From positions 166,084-230,083 of the forward strand of contig JBAQLV010000013.1 of NCBI GenBank assembly GCA_049302185.1: a stretch of DNA of 64,000 nt, read 5' to 3'. This DNA comes from Thermodesulfovibrionales bacterium. GTDB taxonomy: Bacteria > Nitrospirota > Thermodesulfovibrionia > Thermodesulfovibrionales > UBA1546. Under the pieces are notes generated by a model. It was given only the letters and a program-made list of their open reading frames with translations. It did not search any database and was not told the DNA's origin. The position numbers and the translations under genes were made by a program. Positions 8,347-17,067 of this stretch are shown piece by piece (within the stretch, counting starts at the first letter, position 1; each line of letters opens with the position of its first letter).

Positions 8347-10898
8347 GCCACTCTCGCGATATTAACTCTTGGAAGTTTATTTTTTAAAGCTATTCCTGTA
8401 TATGAATCCGGATTCATGCTCACTTCTTCAGGCGTTCCTGCGGCTATGATCCTTCCGCCTTTTTCTCCGCCCTCAGGCCCGAGGTCAATTATATAATCCG
8501 CTGACTTTATCACGTCAAGATTATGCTCGATGACAACCACCGTGTTTCCAAGGTCTATGAGGCTGTTTATGACATCAAGGAGTTTCTGGATATCGGCAAA
8601 GTGCAGTCCTGTTGTAGGTTCGTCAAGCAGATAAAGCGTATTGCCTGTTGATCTTTTCCCGAATTCTTTTGAAAGCCTTACCCTCTGCGCTTCTCCGCCT
8701 GAGAGCGTTGTTGCAGACTGGCCGAGCTGTATATAGCCAAGCCCTACGTCTTCAAGTATTTCAAGTCTCTGGCGTATAAGGGGGATTGCGCTGAGAAACT
8801 GAAGCATTTCCGAGACCGTCATCGCAAGGACATCAGCTATGTTTTTGTCTTTATATCTTATTTCAAGTGTCTCTTTATTGTATCTTTTGCTTTTGCATAC
8901 ATTGCACGGTATGTAAACATCAGGAAGGAAATGCATGGCGACTTTAAGCGTCCCTCCGCCGCGGCATGATTCACATCTTCCTCCCGCGACATTAAAACTG
9001 AATCGGGATGCAGTATATCCCCTTACCTTTGAGTCCTGAATCTGCGCAAAGAGTTCCCTGATATATGTGAATATCCCCGTATAAGTTGCCGGATTTGACC
9101 TTGGCGTGCGTCCTAACGGAGACTGGTCAACGCATATTATGCGGTCAATTTTTTCTATGCCTGTGATTTCCCTGTGCTTTCCCGGGATGAGCGCGCTTTT
9201 ATATAGTTTTCCGGCGATAGCTTTGTATAGAGTTTCAAATATTAGCGTGCTCTTGCCCGAACCTGAAACCCCTGTTATGCATATAAATAGGCCAAGCGGC
9301 ATCTTGACATCTATATCCTTAAGATTGAATTCAGACGCGCCGATAATCTTTATGAAGTCTCCCGGCTTTCTCCTCTTGGCAGGCACGGGTATGCTCAGTT
9401 CGCCTTTGAGGTATCTGCCTGTCAATGAGTTTTTGTTATCCCTGATAACAGCAGGCGGACCTTCTGCGGTTATCCATCCGCCTCGAAGCCCTCCGCCCGG
9501 CCCCATGTCAATTACATGGTCAGCCCAGTTTATGGTATCTTCATCATGTTCAACGATTATCACTGTATTTCCTGAGTCTCTTATTGACGAAAGGCTTTCA
9601 AGCAGTTTTTTGCAGTCTCTCGGATGAAGCCCGATGCTTGGCTCGTCAAGGACATAAAGCACTCCTGTAAGGGATGACCCCATCTGCGTTGCAAGCCTTA
9701 TCCTCTGCGCTTCACCGCCTGAAAGTGTCAGTGAAAGCCTGTCAACTGTCAGATAACCGAGTCCGACCTTATCAAGAAACGAAAGCCTGTCTTTGACTTC
9801 TCTCAGTACGCGTGATGCTATTATCTGTTCTCTGTCTGTAAGCTTAAGCGCATTGATGAATTGAATCGCATTTATGACAGACATCCTTGAAAATTCAGCG
9901 ATGTTTGTGTCTTTTATTTTTATGCTCAGCGCCTCTTTTCGCAGTCTCATGCCCTTGCATGTTCTGCAAGGTGATAAATGGGTTAGTTCCTCGTCATTTA
10001 TAGCTCCGAACTCCTGCTTCTCAGCTTCAAATCCTTCGCTAATGTTCTCAAATCCGATGCCGTTGCATCTCAGGCAGGCACCGTATCTACTGTTGAACGA
10101 AAAGAACCTCGGATTAATTTCAGGGTAGCTTATGCTGCAGTTGGGACATGCCATTGTCCTGCTGAAAGGGATGTCTTTATTTTTATCTATGAGATTAATT
10201 ATGACAGTGTCTGTATATTTTAATGCTGAATCAATCGCACTCTTTATCTGCCTTTCAGTCCCTGTTTTTATAAGAAGCCTGTCTATAACAATCTCGATGG
10301 TATGCCGCTGCTGTTTCTTTAGCTTTATATCCTGTGTGAGGTCAAACATCACACCGTCTATCCTCGCCCTTATAAACCCGTCACGCAGCATATCGTAAAG
10401 TTCTTTTTTATATTCGCCTTTTCTGTCTCTGACAATTGGCGCAAGTATTTGTATGCGTGTTCCCTGAGGGAGTGACACAACGGAATCTATTATGTTCTGA
10501 GGTTCCTGTGCGGCTATCAGCGAACCGCAGTTGTAGCAGTAAGGTTTTCCTATCCGTGTGTAAAGCACACGCATATAGTCATATATTTCCGTTATCGTGC
10601 CGAGAGTGGACCGCGGGCTCTTTGTAACTGTCTTCTGTTCAATTGCAATAGAAGGGGAAAGTCCCTCAATCAGGTCAACGTCAGGTTTCTGAAGCTGTTC
10701 AAGGAATTGCCTTGCATATATTGAAAGGCTTTCAACATACCGCCTCTGTCCCTCTGCGTAGATTGTGTCAATTGCAAGGGATGACTTGCCGGAGCCTGAG
10801 GGGCCGGTGATAACAGTTATCTTCTCCCTCGGTATGGATACATTGATGTTCTTGAGATTGTGCTCCCGCGCGCCCTTTATGACTATGAAGGTTTGCAT
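8343..10898 (-). CDS. uvrA: Excinuclease ABC subunit A
   Basis: 851 aa; two ABC ATPase modules (GPSGSGKSSL and GVSGSGKSTL Walker A; two LSGGEAQR signatures), zinc-finger cysteines (CPNC…, CESCRGGG). Confidence 0.95.
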   Translation of the reverse strand: MQTFIVIKGAREHNLKNINVSIPREKITVITGPSGSGKSSLAIDTIYAEGQRRYVESLSIYARQFLEQLQKPDVDLIEGLSPSIAIEQKTVTKSPRSTLGTITEIYDYMRVLYTRIGKPYCYNCGSLIAAQEPQNIIDSVVSLPQGTRIQILAPIVRDRKGEYKKELYDMLRDGFIRARIDGVMFDLTQDIKLKKQQRHTIEIVIDRLLIKTGTERQIKSAIDSALKYTDTVIINLIDKNKDIPFSRTMACPNCSISYPEINPRFFSFNSRYGACLRCNGIGFENISEGFEAEKQEFGAINDEELTHLSPCRTCKGMRLRKEALSIKIKDTNIAEFSRMSVINAIQFINALKLTDREQIIASRVLREVKDRLSFLDKVGLGYLTVDRLSLTLSGGEAQRIRLATQMGSSLTGVLYVLDEPSIGLHPRDCKKLLESLSSIRDSGNTVIIVEHDEDTINWADHVIDMGPGGGLRGGWITAEGPPAVIRDNKNSLTGRYLKGELSIPVPAKRRKPGDFIKIIGASEFNLKDIDVKMPLGLFICITGVSGSGKSTLIFETLYKAIAGKLYKSALIPGKHREITGIEKIDRIICVDQSPLGRTPRSNPATYTGIFTYIRELFAQIQDSKVRGYTASRFSFNVAGGRCESCRGGGTLKVAMHFLPDVYIPCNVCKSKRYNKETLEIRYKDKNIADVLAMTVSEMLQFLSAIPLIRQRLEILEDVGLGYIQLGQSATTLSGGEAQRVRLSKEFGKRSTGNTLYLLDEPTTGLHFADIQKLLDVINSLIDLGNTVVVIEHNLDVIKSADYIIDLGPEGGEKGGRIIAAGTPEEVSMNPDSYTGIALKNKLPRVNIARVA

Positions 10899-11309
10899 AT
10901 CGCTGTCTGGAATGTCTTAAAGACTAATACTCACTATAACTGAAAAAGGGCTTGTCTTTCAAATACATCTCCTGAGAATAGCAACAGTTCAAAATACCTC
11001 TAAGGAGGCTGCGTCTGTCTTTCGGCAATATTAAACTACCTTAACATTAGAGCAGTAGCTCAGTAGAGCAGTAGTTTTTAGTGAAACTTGTTTTTGACTG
11101 CTAAGCGTCCACTGTCAAACCCCCTGCGTCCTTGACTTTTACGCATAATAAGCATGATACTCTTAGAGAAGCTGAAGGAGTATTTTGTTATATCTAAACC
11201 GTGCAATATCCTGCGCTTGCGGTTTTTTTTATGATAATTTCTCCCTAACTTTAAACCACAGGGCAAGAGGCATAAAGCAAGCAGTAACGAATAACTGAAG
11301 GGAGATAAT

Positions 11310-11489
11310 TTGGCAAAACACGGGGGAGCATTTAAAAGCGAAAAGAGAAAAAAAGAATTGCTGCGTCATAAAAAGCAGGAAGAAAAGCGGCAGAGGCGTT
11401 TAAAGAAAGATATAAGCCAGGAACAAGATTCTAAATCAACAGTTCCCGATCAAAAGGATGAGGTTTCATTGCCTATTCAAGATGCTTAA
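11310..11489 (+). CDS. Small, highly basic protein (59 aa) with a TTG start, translationally coupled to the downstream DEAD-box helicase
   Basis: RBS GAAGGGAG lies 5 nt upstream of TTG at 11310. The ORF is stop-free to TAA at 11487-11489, 14 nt before the helicase GTG start. It is below the 60 aa cutoff of the ORF track. Product: MAKHGGAFKSEKRKKELLRHKKQEEKRQRRLKKDISQEQDSKSTVPDQKDEVSLPIQDA. Confidence 0.4.
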   Translation: MAKHGGAFKSEKRKKELLRHKKQEEKRQRRLKKDISQEQDSKSTVPDQKDEVSLPIQDA

Positions 11490-11503
11490 AGGAGAATAAT
11501 TAA

Positions 11504-13087
11504 GTGTATAAAAATTTTAATGAATTTGGCATTTCAGACAAGGTAATCATCTCGCTTTCAGAGATGGGCTTTGAAGAGCCCACCCCAATACAGAAGATGG
11601 CAATCCCGCCGGTTCTGCAGGGGAAGGATATTATCGGCCGGGCACAGACAGGCACTGGCAAGACAGCTGCCTTTGGGATACCGCTAATAGAACAAAGGCC
11701 TGAGGCAAAAGGAAGGTATCCCTACGCCATAGTTCTTGCGCCAACGCGGGAACTTGCTGTTCAGGTATCAGAAGCGATTAATAAGATGGGGACGAGAGCC
11801 GGCGTTGTCTCACTTCCCATCTACGGCGGGCAATCCATAGAACTTCAGATAAGGAGTCTGAAGAGAGGGGCAGACATTGTGGTTGGCACGCCGGGAAGGG
11901 TGCTGGACCATATAAGGAGGAAGACACTCGTTCTCAAGGATATAAAGACAGTAGTCCTTGATGAGGCTGATGAGATGCTGAGCATGGGTTTTATAGAGGA
12001 CATAGAGAAAATCCTCGGCGGAATACCCGGAGAAAGACAGACGATGCTCTTTTCTGCCACCATGCCGAAAGAAATTATCCGCATTTCAAAAAACTACATG
12101 AACAAACCTGTGCATGTGGGCGTGGATGCGAGCGAGATGGTTGTCGCCAAGACAAAGCAGGTATTTTACGAAGTGCGCGAAGAAGACAAGATAAAGGCTT
12201 TAACCCGCCTTCTGGATGTTGAAGGCCCCGCGCTTACTCTCGTATTCTGCCATACAAAAAAGGAGGTGGATGAAGTCGCGGGAAGGCTCCAGCAGATGGG
12301 CTATCCTGCAGGCGCAATCCACGGAGACTTCACTCAGAGCCACAGGGACGAAATGATGCGAAAGTTCAAGGGCGGAGACATAGATATACTCGTTGCCACA
12401 GATGTTGCGGCACGCGGACTGGACATACCTGATGTTTCCCATGTAATTAACTTCAGCATTCCGCAAGACCCTGAGGGCTACATCCACAGAATTGGCAGGA
12501 CAGGCAGGGCAGGCAAATCAGGCATTGCAATAACGTTTGTCACTCCCCGGCAGTACCGCCAGCTAAAGCTCATAGAGCAGTTTGCAAAGACGCGAATAAG
12601 TAAGGCAAAGCTTCCAAGCAGAGAAGAAGTAAGAAAGGCGAAGGAGGAAGAGCTTGCTGCGGGTGTTGAAGAGATGATAAAAGAAGGCAAACACACTCGT
12701 TTTTATGACATGGCAAAGAGGCTCTTTGAGAAATACTCTCCTGAAGACGTCTCAGCAGCGGCGCTGAGCATGCTGCTTGATACGGAGGATATGCAGGAGA
12801 TTGAGGAGCCTGGAAAAGGATATGCAGGACAGAAGAAAGATTCCGTGCGCTTATTCATGACAATAGGCAAGATGGACAAGATAAATGTGGGAGATATAGT
12901 CAAATCAATCTCTGCAGAAGCGGGTATTCCAGAACGGAAGATCAGCAATATTGCGCTTTTTGACAAGTTCAGTTTTGTAGAAGTCCCGGCTGACCTTGCC
13001 GACAGGGTTATCAGCGCCATCAACGACAGCATCATAAAAGGACGAAAGGTCAGAATCCAACATGCAAAGAAACGGGAGAGGAGATAA
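11504..13087 (+). CDS. deaD: DEAD-box ATP-dependent RNA helicase (DeaD/CsdA/CshA-like with C-terminal DbpA-type RNA-binding domain)
   Basis: Q-motif, Walker A AQTGTGKT, DEAD box (VVLDEADEM), SAT, HRIGRTGRAG motif VI; C-terminal RNA-binding extension; GTG start with RBS AGGAG. Confidence 0.9.
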   Translation: MYKNFNEFGISDKVIISLSEMGFEEPTPIQKMAIPPVLQGKDIIGRAQTGTGKTAAFGIPLIEQRPEAKGRYPYAIVLAPTRELAVQVSEAINKMGTRAGVVSLPIYGGQSIELQIRSLKRGADIVVGTPGRVLDHIRRKTLVLKDIKTVVLDEADEMLSMGFIEDIEKILGGIPGERQTMLFSATMPKEIIRISKNYMNKPVHVGVDASEMVVAKTKQVFYEVREEDKIKALTRLLDVEGPALTLVFCHTKKEVDEVAGRLQQMGYPAGAIHGDFTQSHRDEMMRKFKGGDIDILVATDVAARGLDIPDVSHVINFSIPQDPEGYIHRIGRTGRAGKSGIAITFVTPRQYRQLKLIEQFAKTRISKAKLPSREEVRKAKEEELAAGVEEMIKEGKHTRFYDMAKRLFEKYSPEDVSAAALSMLLDTEDMQEIEEPGKGYAGQKKDSVRLFMTIGKMDKINVGDIVKSISAEAGIPERKISNIALFDKFSFVEVPADLADRVISAINDSIIKGRKVRIQHAKKRERR

Positions 13088-13441
13088 TTATTTAAATACA
13101 TTTTTGGGGTTAACTGTACTATCTCACTAATTCGGTAACTTTCTGGAGTTTATCAAAAGGTGTTATTTATGATTTACCCCCCATGCTGTCAATCTACAAA
13201 AATACCATGCTGAGTCCCTGAAGGTGTCATTCTGAACTTGTCGGAGACTCGACTCTACGAGATTCAGAATCTCTTCAGGGCAAGCTTGTTTCAGTATCTA
13301 CAAAATGACATCCTGAGATAAAATTCAGGACGGCGATAGAAAAATTTTCATTTAACAATAATCTTTCATAACACTATATAGTGGTGTCAGCCCTCCACAA
13401 GCACAAAATATAGACACCCCTTAATTTTATTAATTTTTTTC

Positions 13442-13502
13442 TTGACAAGCCCCCCTTTAACCTCTATATTAGTGGTAAAAAGTGGTAGAAGGTGGAGGGA
13501 AG
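13442..13502 (+). promoter_or_regulatory. Putative Pmra promoter (TTGACA-17 nt-TATATT) followed by three direct repeats GTGGT-N5-GTGGT-N5-GTGGA; candidate MraZ operator
   Basis: -35 TTGACA at 13442-13447, a 17 nt spacer, -10 TATATT at 13465-13470. GTGG(T/A) boxes sit at 13472, 13482 and 13492 with a 10 bp periodicity, ending at the RBS GGAGG, immediately before the mraZ ATG at 13503. Confidence 0.55.
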
Positions 13503-13955
13503 ATGCCTTCTTTTTCGGGAAAATATTACTATTCAGTAGACTCAAAGGGCAGAATCATTATACCTGCGCCTTTTAGGGAAATCATTTCCGCTAATTACAG
13601 CCGGAAACTTTACATCGTCAATGCTGCGTTTGATAAGTGCCTTCATTTATATCCACAAGAGGAATGGAACAGGCTTGAAGAAAGGGTGAGGGCAATGCCA
13701 AAGATGGATGAGGCAGTAAAGTTTTTCATGAGGAAGGTTATTGCATCCGCTGTTGAGATTGAACTGGATAAGCAGGGGAGAGTGCTTATTCCCGTTGCTC
13801 ACAGAGAGGACTCAGGCATAAACGGCGAGATAGTCGTTGTCGGGCAGATAGATAAGATAGAACTCTGGGACAGAAAAGAATGGGATACGATGGTTGATCC
13901 TGCGAAGATAGACAAAAAGGCTGTTGAACAAAGACTTGTAAGCTACGGGCTTTAG
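13503..13955 (+). CDS. mraZ: Transcriptional regulator MraZ
   Basis: Duplicated MraZ/SpoVT-AbrB-like halves (YSVDSKGRIIIP… and ELDKQGRVLIP…). The start was moved to the ATG at 13503, which has the RBS GGAGG. Confidence 0.9.
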   Translation: MPSFSGKYYYSVDSKGRIIIPAPFREIISANYSRKLYIVNAAFDKCLHLYPQEEWNRLEERVRAMPKMDEAVKFFMRKVIASAVEIELDKQGRVLIPVAHREDSGINGEIVVVGQIDKIELWDRKEWDTMVDPAKIDKKAVEQRLVSYGL

Positions 13956-13967
13956 AGGCGGTGAACT

Positions 13968-14840
13968 GTGAAGGTTATTCATCTCCCTGTGATGTTAAGG
14001 GAGGTGATTATGTTGCTGAAACCAGTGTTAGGGGGGGTATATGTTGATGCAACAGTCGGGCTTGGCGGTCACGCAGAAGAAATACTCAGGCATATCGGCC
14101 ATGGAAGGCTTCTCGGCATTGACAGGGATGAAGAGGCTCTGGATATGGCAATGAAAAGAATTCCCGATAACAGGCTTACCTTGAAGAAGGGGAAATTTTC
14201 TGATATCAGCAAGCTGGCTGCCGAAGCAGGCATTTCAGAAGTGGACGGGATTTTATTTGACCTCGGCACATCCATGTTTCATCTCAAGACCGCTGAAAGA
14301 GGTTTCAGTTTTATGTCAGGAGAACCGCTTGATATGAGGATGGACAGGGAACAGGAAATTACAGCAGCGTACATTGTCAATAAATATCCTGAAAAAGAGA
14401 TAACCCGGATTTTGTGGGAGTACGGCGAAGAAAAACTCTCACGGAAAATAGCAAGGGCAGTCATTGATTACAGGGCCGAAAAGAAAATAGATACCTGCGC
14501 TGAATTATCAGATATTGTTTACAGGGTTTATAGGAAAAGAGGGAAGCATCATCCTGCAACAAAGACATTTCAGGCATTGAGGATTGCTGTGAATGATGAA
14601 CTCAATGAACTCCGAAAAGGGCTTAATGAGGCGGCAGGCATTCTTAAGAGCGGAGGCAGGCTGTGTGTTATCTCATATCATTCGCTTGAGGACAGGATAG
14701 TAAAGAACTTTATAAGGGATGAACAGAAGCAGGGCGGATTAAGGATGTTAACCAAAAAACCCATTGCCCCTTCAGACGAAGAAGTAAGATTCAATCCGTC
14801 TGCGAGGAGCGCTAAATTAAGAGGAGCGGAAAAAATATGA
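13968..14840 (+). CDS. rsmH: 16S rRNA (cytosine1402-N4)-methyltransferase RsmH (MraW)
   Basis: SAM-binding GGVYVDATVGLGGH, DLGTS, HSLEDRIVK motifs; canonical position after mraZ. Confidence 0.9.
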   Translation: MKVIHLPVMLREVIMLLKPVLGGVYVDATVGLGGHAEEILRHIGHGRLLGIDRDEEALDMAMKRIPDNRLTLKKGKFSDISKLAAEAGISEVDGILFDLGTSMFHLKTAERGFSFMSGEPLDMRMDREQEITAAYIVNKYPEKEITRILWEYGEEKLSRKIARAVIDYRAEKKIDTCAELSDIVYRVYRKRGKHHPATKTFQALRIAVNDELNELRKGLNEAAGILKSGGRLCVISYHSLEDRIVKNFIRDEQKQGGLRMLTKKPIAPSDEEVRFNPSARSAKLRGAEKI

Positions 14841-15178
14841 CCCATGTGAACCGAAGCGGTATTTTTTCTTTCTTCCTTGTCCCTCTGTCCGTAGCGCTTA
14901 TTTTGTTCGGCATCTTCTCAATTGTATGGCTGAGGTCAAGTGTAAGGACAGCAGAATACAGTATTGCCGCGCTTGACCACAGGAGGATGGAAATCCTCAG
15001 GGACAGAAAGACTCTGATGGCAGAGAAGGCAGGCCTTCTGTCAATACAGAGCGTTAAAAGCAAGGGCAGCGGAAAACTCGCTTTGGTTTTCCCTGACAGA
15101 ATAAAAGTAGTTTATGTAAAAAAGGATGGGAAGAACGCTCCATTTAAGGCATCTTTAGAAGTGAGAAGTGAGAAGTGA
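14837..15178 (+). CDS. ftsL: Cell division protein FtsL-like (single-TM bitopic)
   Basis: 113 aa with one N-terminal TM helix and a coiled-coil-like periplasmic part. ATGA overlap with the rsmH stop; it sits between rsmH and ftsI as in canonical dcw clusters. Confidence 0.6.
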   Translation: MTHVNRSGIFSFFLVPLSVALILFGIFSIVWLRSSVRTAEYSIAALDHRRMEILRDRKTLMAEKAGLLSIQSVKSKGSGKLALVFPDRIKVVYVKKDGKNAPFKASLEVRSEK

Positions 15179-15232
15179 GAAGTGAGAATTTAAAACTTCT
15201 TCTTACTTCCTACTTCCTATTTCTTACTTGAA
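15157..15232. repeat. (GAAGTGA)4 array, spacer ATTTAAAA, then an imperfectly complementary (TTCCTAC)4 array at the ftsL/ftsI junction
   Basis: Period-7 arrays in inverted orientation. Mismatches are mostly G/A, which would be G-U pairs in RNA. The ftsL stop codon lies inside the first array. Confidence 0.7.
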
Positions 15233-15240
15233 GGGGGCTA

Positions 15241-16941
15241 ATGAGGAAGAGAGCGATAATTCTTAATACCGCAATAATCTTTGGTTTTGCTGCGGTATTT
15301 TTGCGTCTTGTGGATTTGATGGTCCTTAACCACGGCAGGTTTTCCGAAAGGGCAAGGATACAACAGCTCAAGCAGGAGGATATACAGGTAAGACGCGGAT
15401 TTATATTTGACAGAAGGGGAAGGGAGCTTGGTGTGAATCTTGAAGTGGAGTCATTGTTTTGCGACCCCGCAGAAATGGTCTCTCCTCAGACTGCGGCTTA
15501 TGACATTTCAGGAGTTATAGGGAAAAAGCCCGAGGCAATGCTTGCAAAATTTTCTTCCAAGGGCAGATTTGTCTGGGTGGAAAGAAAGCTTAATACTGAA
15601 ACAGCGGAAAAGATAAAAAAAATGGATATAAAAGGGCTTGGTTTTGTGCCTGATGCAAAGAGATTTTATCCGAAAGGCAAGCTTGCTTCTCACGTTATCG
15701 GAGCTGTCGGCATTGATAATCAGGCGCTTGAAGGCGTTGAACTAAAATACAATAAATTTTTAAGAACACCCGGAGGAAAGATCCTTGTTATGAGGGATGC
15801 AAGAGGCAGGACGCTTTCTGCAGGCGTGGATATAGAGTCAAAAGGCAACAATGTGTTTCTGACTATAGATGAAGGGCTTCAGTATATAGCTGAAAAAGAA
15901 CTTGATAACGCAATGGCGCAATGGCGGGCATCTGCCGCAACCATAATAATGATGGATCCATTCACAGGCGAGGTATTGGCATTTGCAAACAGGCCTGCCT
16001 ATGATCCAAATTCCGCAGCATATGCAAAGGACTTTGAAAAAAGAAACAGGGCAATAACAGATTGTTATGAGCCGGGATCTACCTTCAAGATAATTATAGG
16101 CTCGGCAGCTATTGAAGAGGGGATTGTGAACCTCGACACAAAATTTGACTGCAGTAAGGGCGCTGTATCCGTCGGCAGATCTGTTATCCATGATATACAT
16201 AAGCACGGAGTGCTTACGTTCAAAGAGGTGATACAGAAGTCTTCAAATGTCGGAAGCGCTATGATAGGTATGCAGCTTGGCAGGGAGAGGGTATATAAGT
16301 ATGCGAAACGCTTTGGCTTTGGAGAAAAAACAGGAATAGACCTGCCGGGTGAAGTATCAGGCTGGATAAGGCTGCCTGAAAAGTGGTCAGCAGGGTCTAT
16401 AGGAGCAATATCAATAGGGCAGGAGGTTGCAGTTACGCCGCTTCAGATTCTGAGGGCTTACTCAGCGATAGCAAACGGAGGCGTTCTTGTTACACCTCAT
16501 GTAGTGTCGGAAATAAGGTCTCCGGATGATGTCCCTGTGTATTCATTTAACTCCAAGGGAAACAAGAGGGCTATCTCAAAAAAGACAGCAGAAATATTTA
16601 AGGATATATTGAAGACAGTCGCAGAGGAAGGCGGGACAGGTAAAAGCGCCTCTGTTGAGGGCAATCACGTTGCAGGCAAAACAGGGACAGCGCAGATTAT
16701 AGACCCCAGGACAAAGAGATATTCAAAGGAAAAATATGTTGGTTCATTTGTTGGGTTCGTTCCTGCAGACAATCCCATGATAGCAATGATTGTTGTTATT
16801 TATGAACCGAAGGGGCAGATTTACGGAGGGGTTATTGCCGCTCCTGTTTTTAAGGAGATTGCAAAACAATCGCTTTCGTATCTCAATGTGCCGAGGGAAG
16901 ATACAGAGGGGAAAAACATACTTGTTGTTGAGAGGAGATGA
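15241..16941 (+). CDS. ftsI: Peptidoglycan D,D-transpeptidase FtsI (PBP3)
   Basis: N-terminal TM anchor, dimerisation domain, transpeptidase motifs STFK (GSTFKII), SSN (KSSNVGSA), KTG (GKTGTAQ). Confidence 0.9.
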   Translation: MRKRAIILNTAIIFGFAAVFLRLVDLMVLNHGRFSERARIQQLKQEDIQVRRGFIFDRRGRELGVNLEVESLFCDPAEMVSPQTAAYDISGVIGKKPEAMLAKFSSKGRFVWVERKLNTETAEKIKKMDIKGLGFVPDAKRFYPKGKLASHVIGAVGIDNQALEGVELKYNKFLRTPGGKILVMRDARGRTLSAGVDIESKGNNVFLTIDEGLQYIAEKELDNAMAQWRASAATIIMMDPFTGEVLAFANRPAYDPNSAAYAKDFEKRNRAITDCYEPGSTFKIIIGSAAIEEGIVNLDTKFDCSKGAVSVGRSVIHDIHKHGVLTFKEVIQKSSNVGSAMIGMQLGRERVYKYAKRFGFGEKTGIDLPGEVSGWIRLPEKWSAGSIGAISIGQEVAVTPLQILRAYSAIANGGVLVTPHVVSEIRSPDDVPVYSFNSKGNKRAISKKTAEIFKDILKTVAEEGGTGKSASVEGNHVAGKTGTAQIIDPRTKRYSKEKYVGSFVGFVPADNPMIAMIVVIYEPKGQIYGGVIAAPVFKEIAKQSLSYLNVPREDTEGKNILVVERR

Positions 16942-16950
16942 AAAGATGAA

Positions 16951-17002
16951 GAGGCAGGATATGGTATTCTCGCTCATTCTCATCCCGATAAAATCGGGAC
17001 AG
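16951..17002 (+). repeat. Copy C (partial) of the 3'-end element after ftsI (…GTATTCTCGCTCATTCTCATCCCGATAAAATCGGGAC…), followed by a second hairpin CGCCTC-N13-GAGGCG
   Basis: About 85% identity with 49990-50036 over 47 nt. Confidence 0.5.
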
Positions 17003-17067
17003 ACTCCTCCGCCTCTGCGGATTCGCCTGAGGCGAAGAGGTTTTTGTCTCTATGAAAGTGGGGATAG

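Noticed and set aside
9106-10627. Plus-strand ORFs inside uvrA (9106..9627, 9874..10128, 10132..10398, 10436..10627)
   Set aside because: Antisense to uvrA; low-complexity translations.
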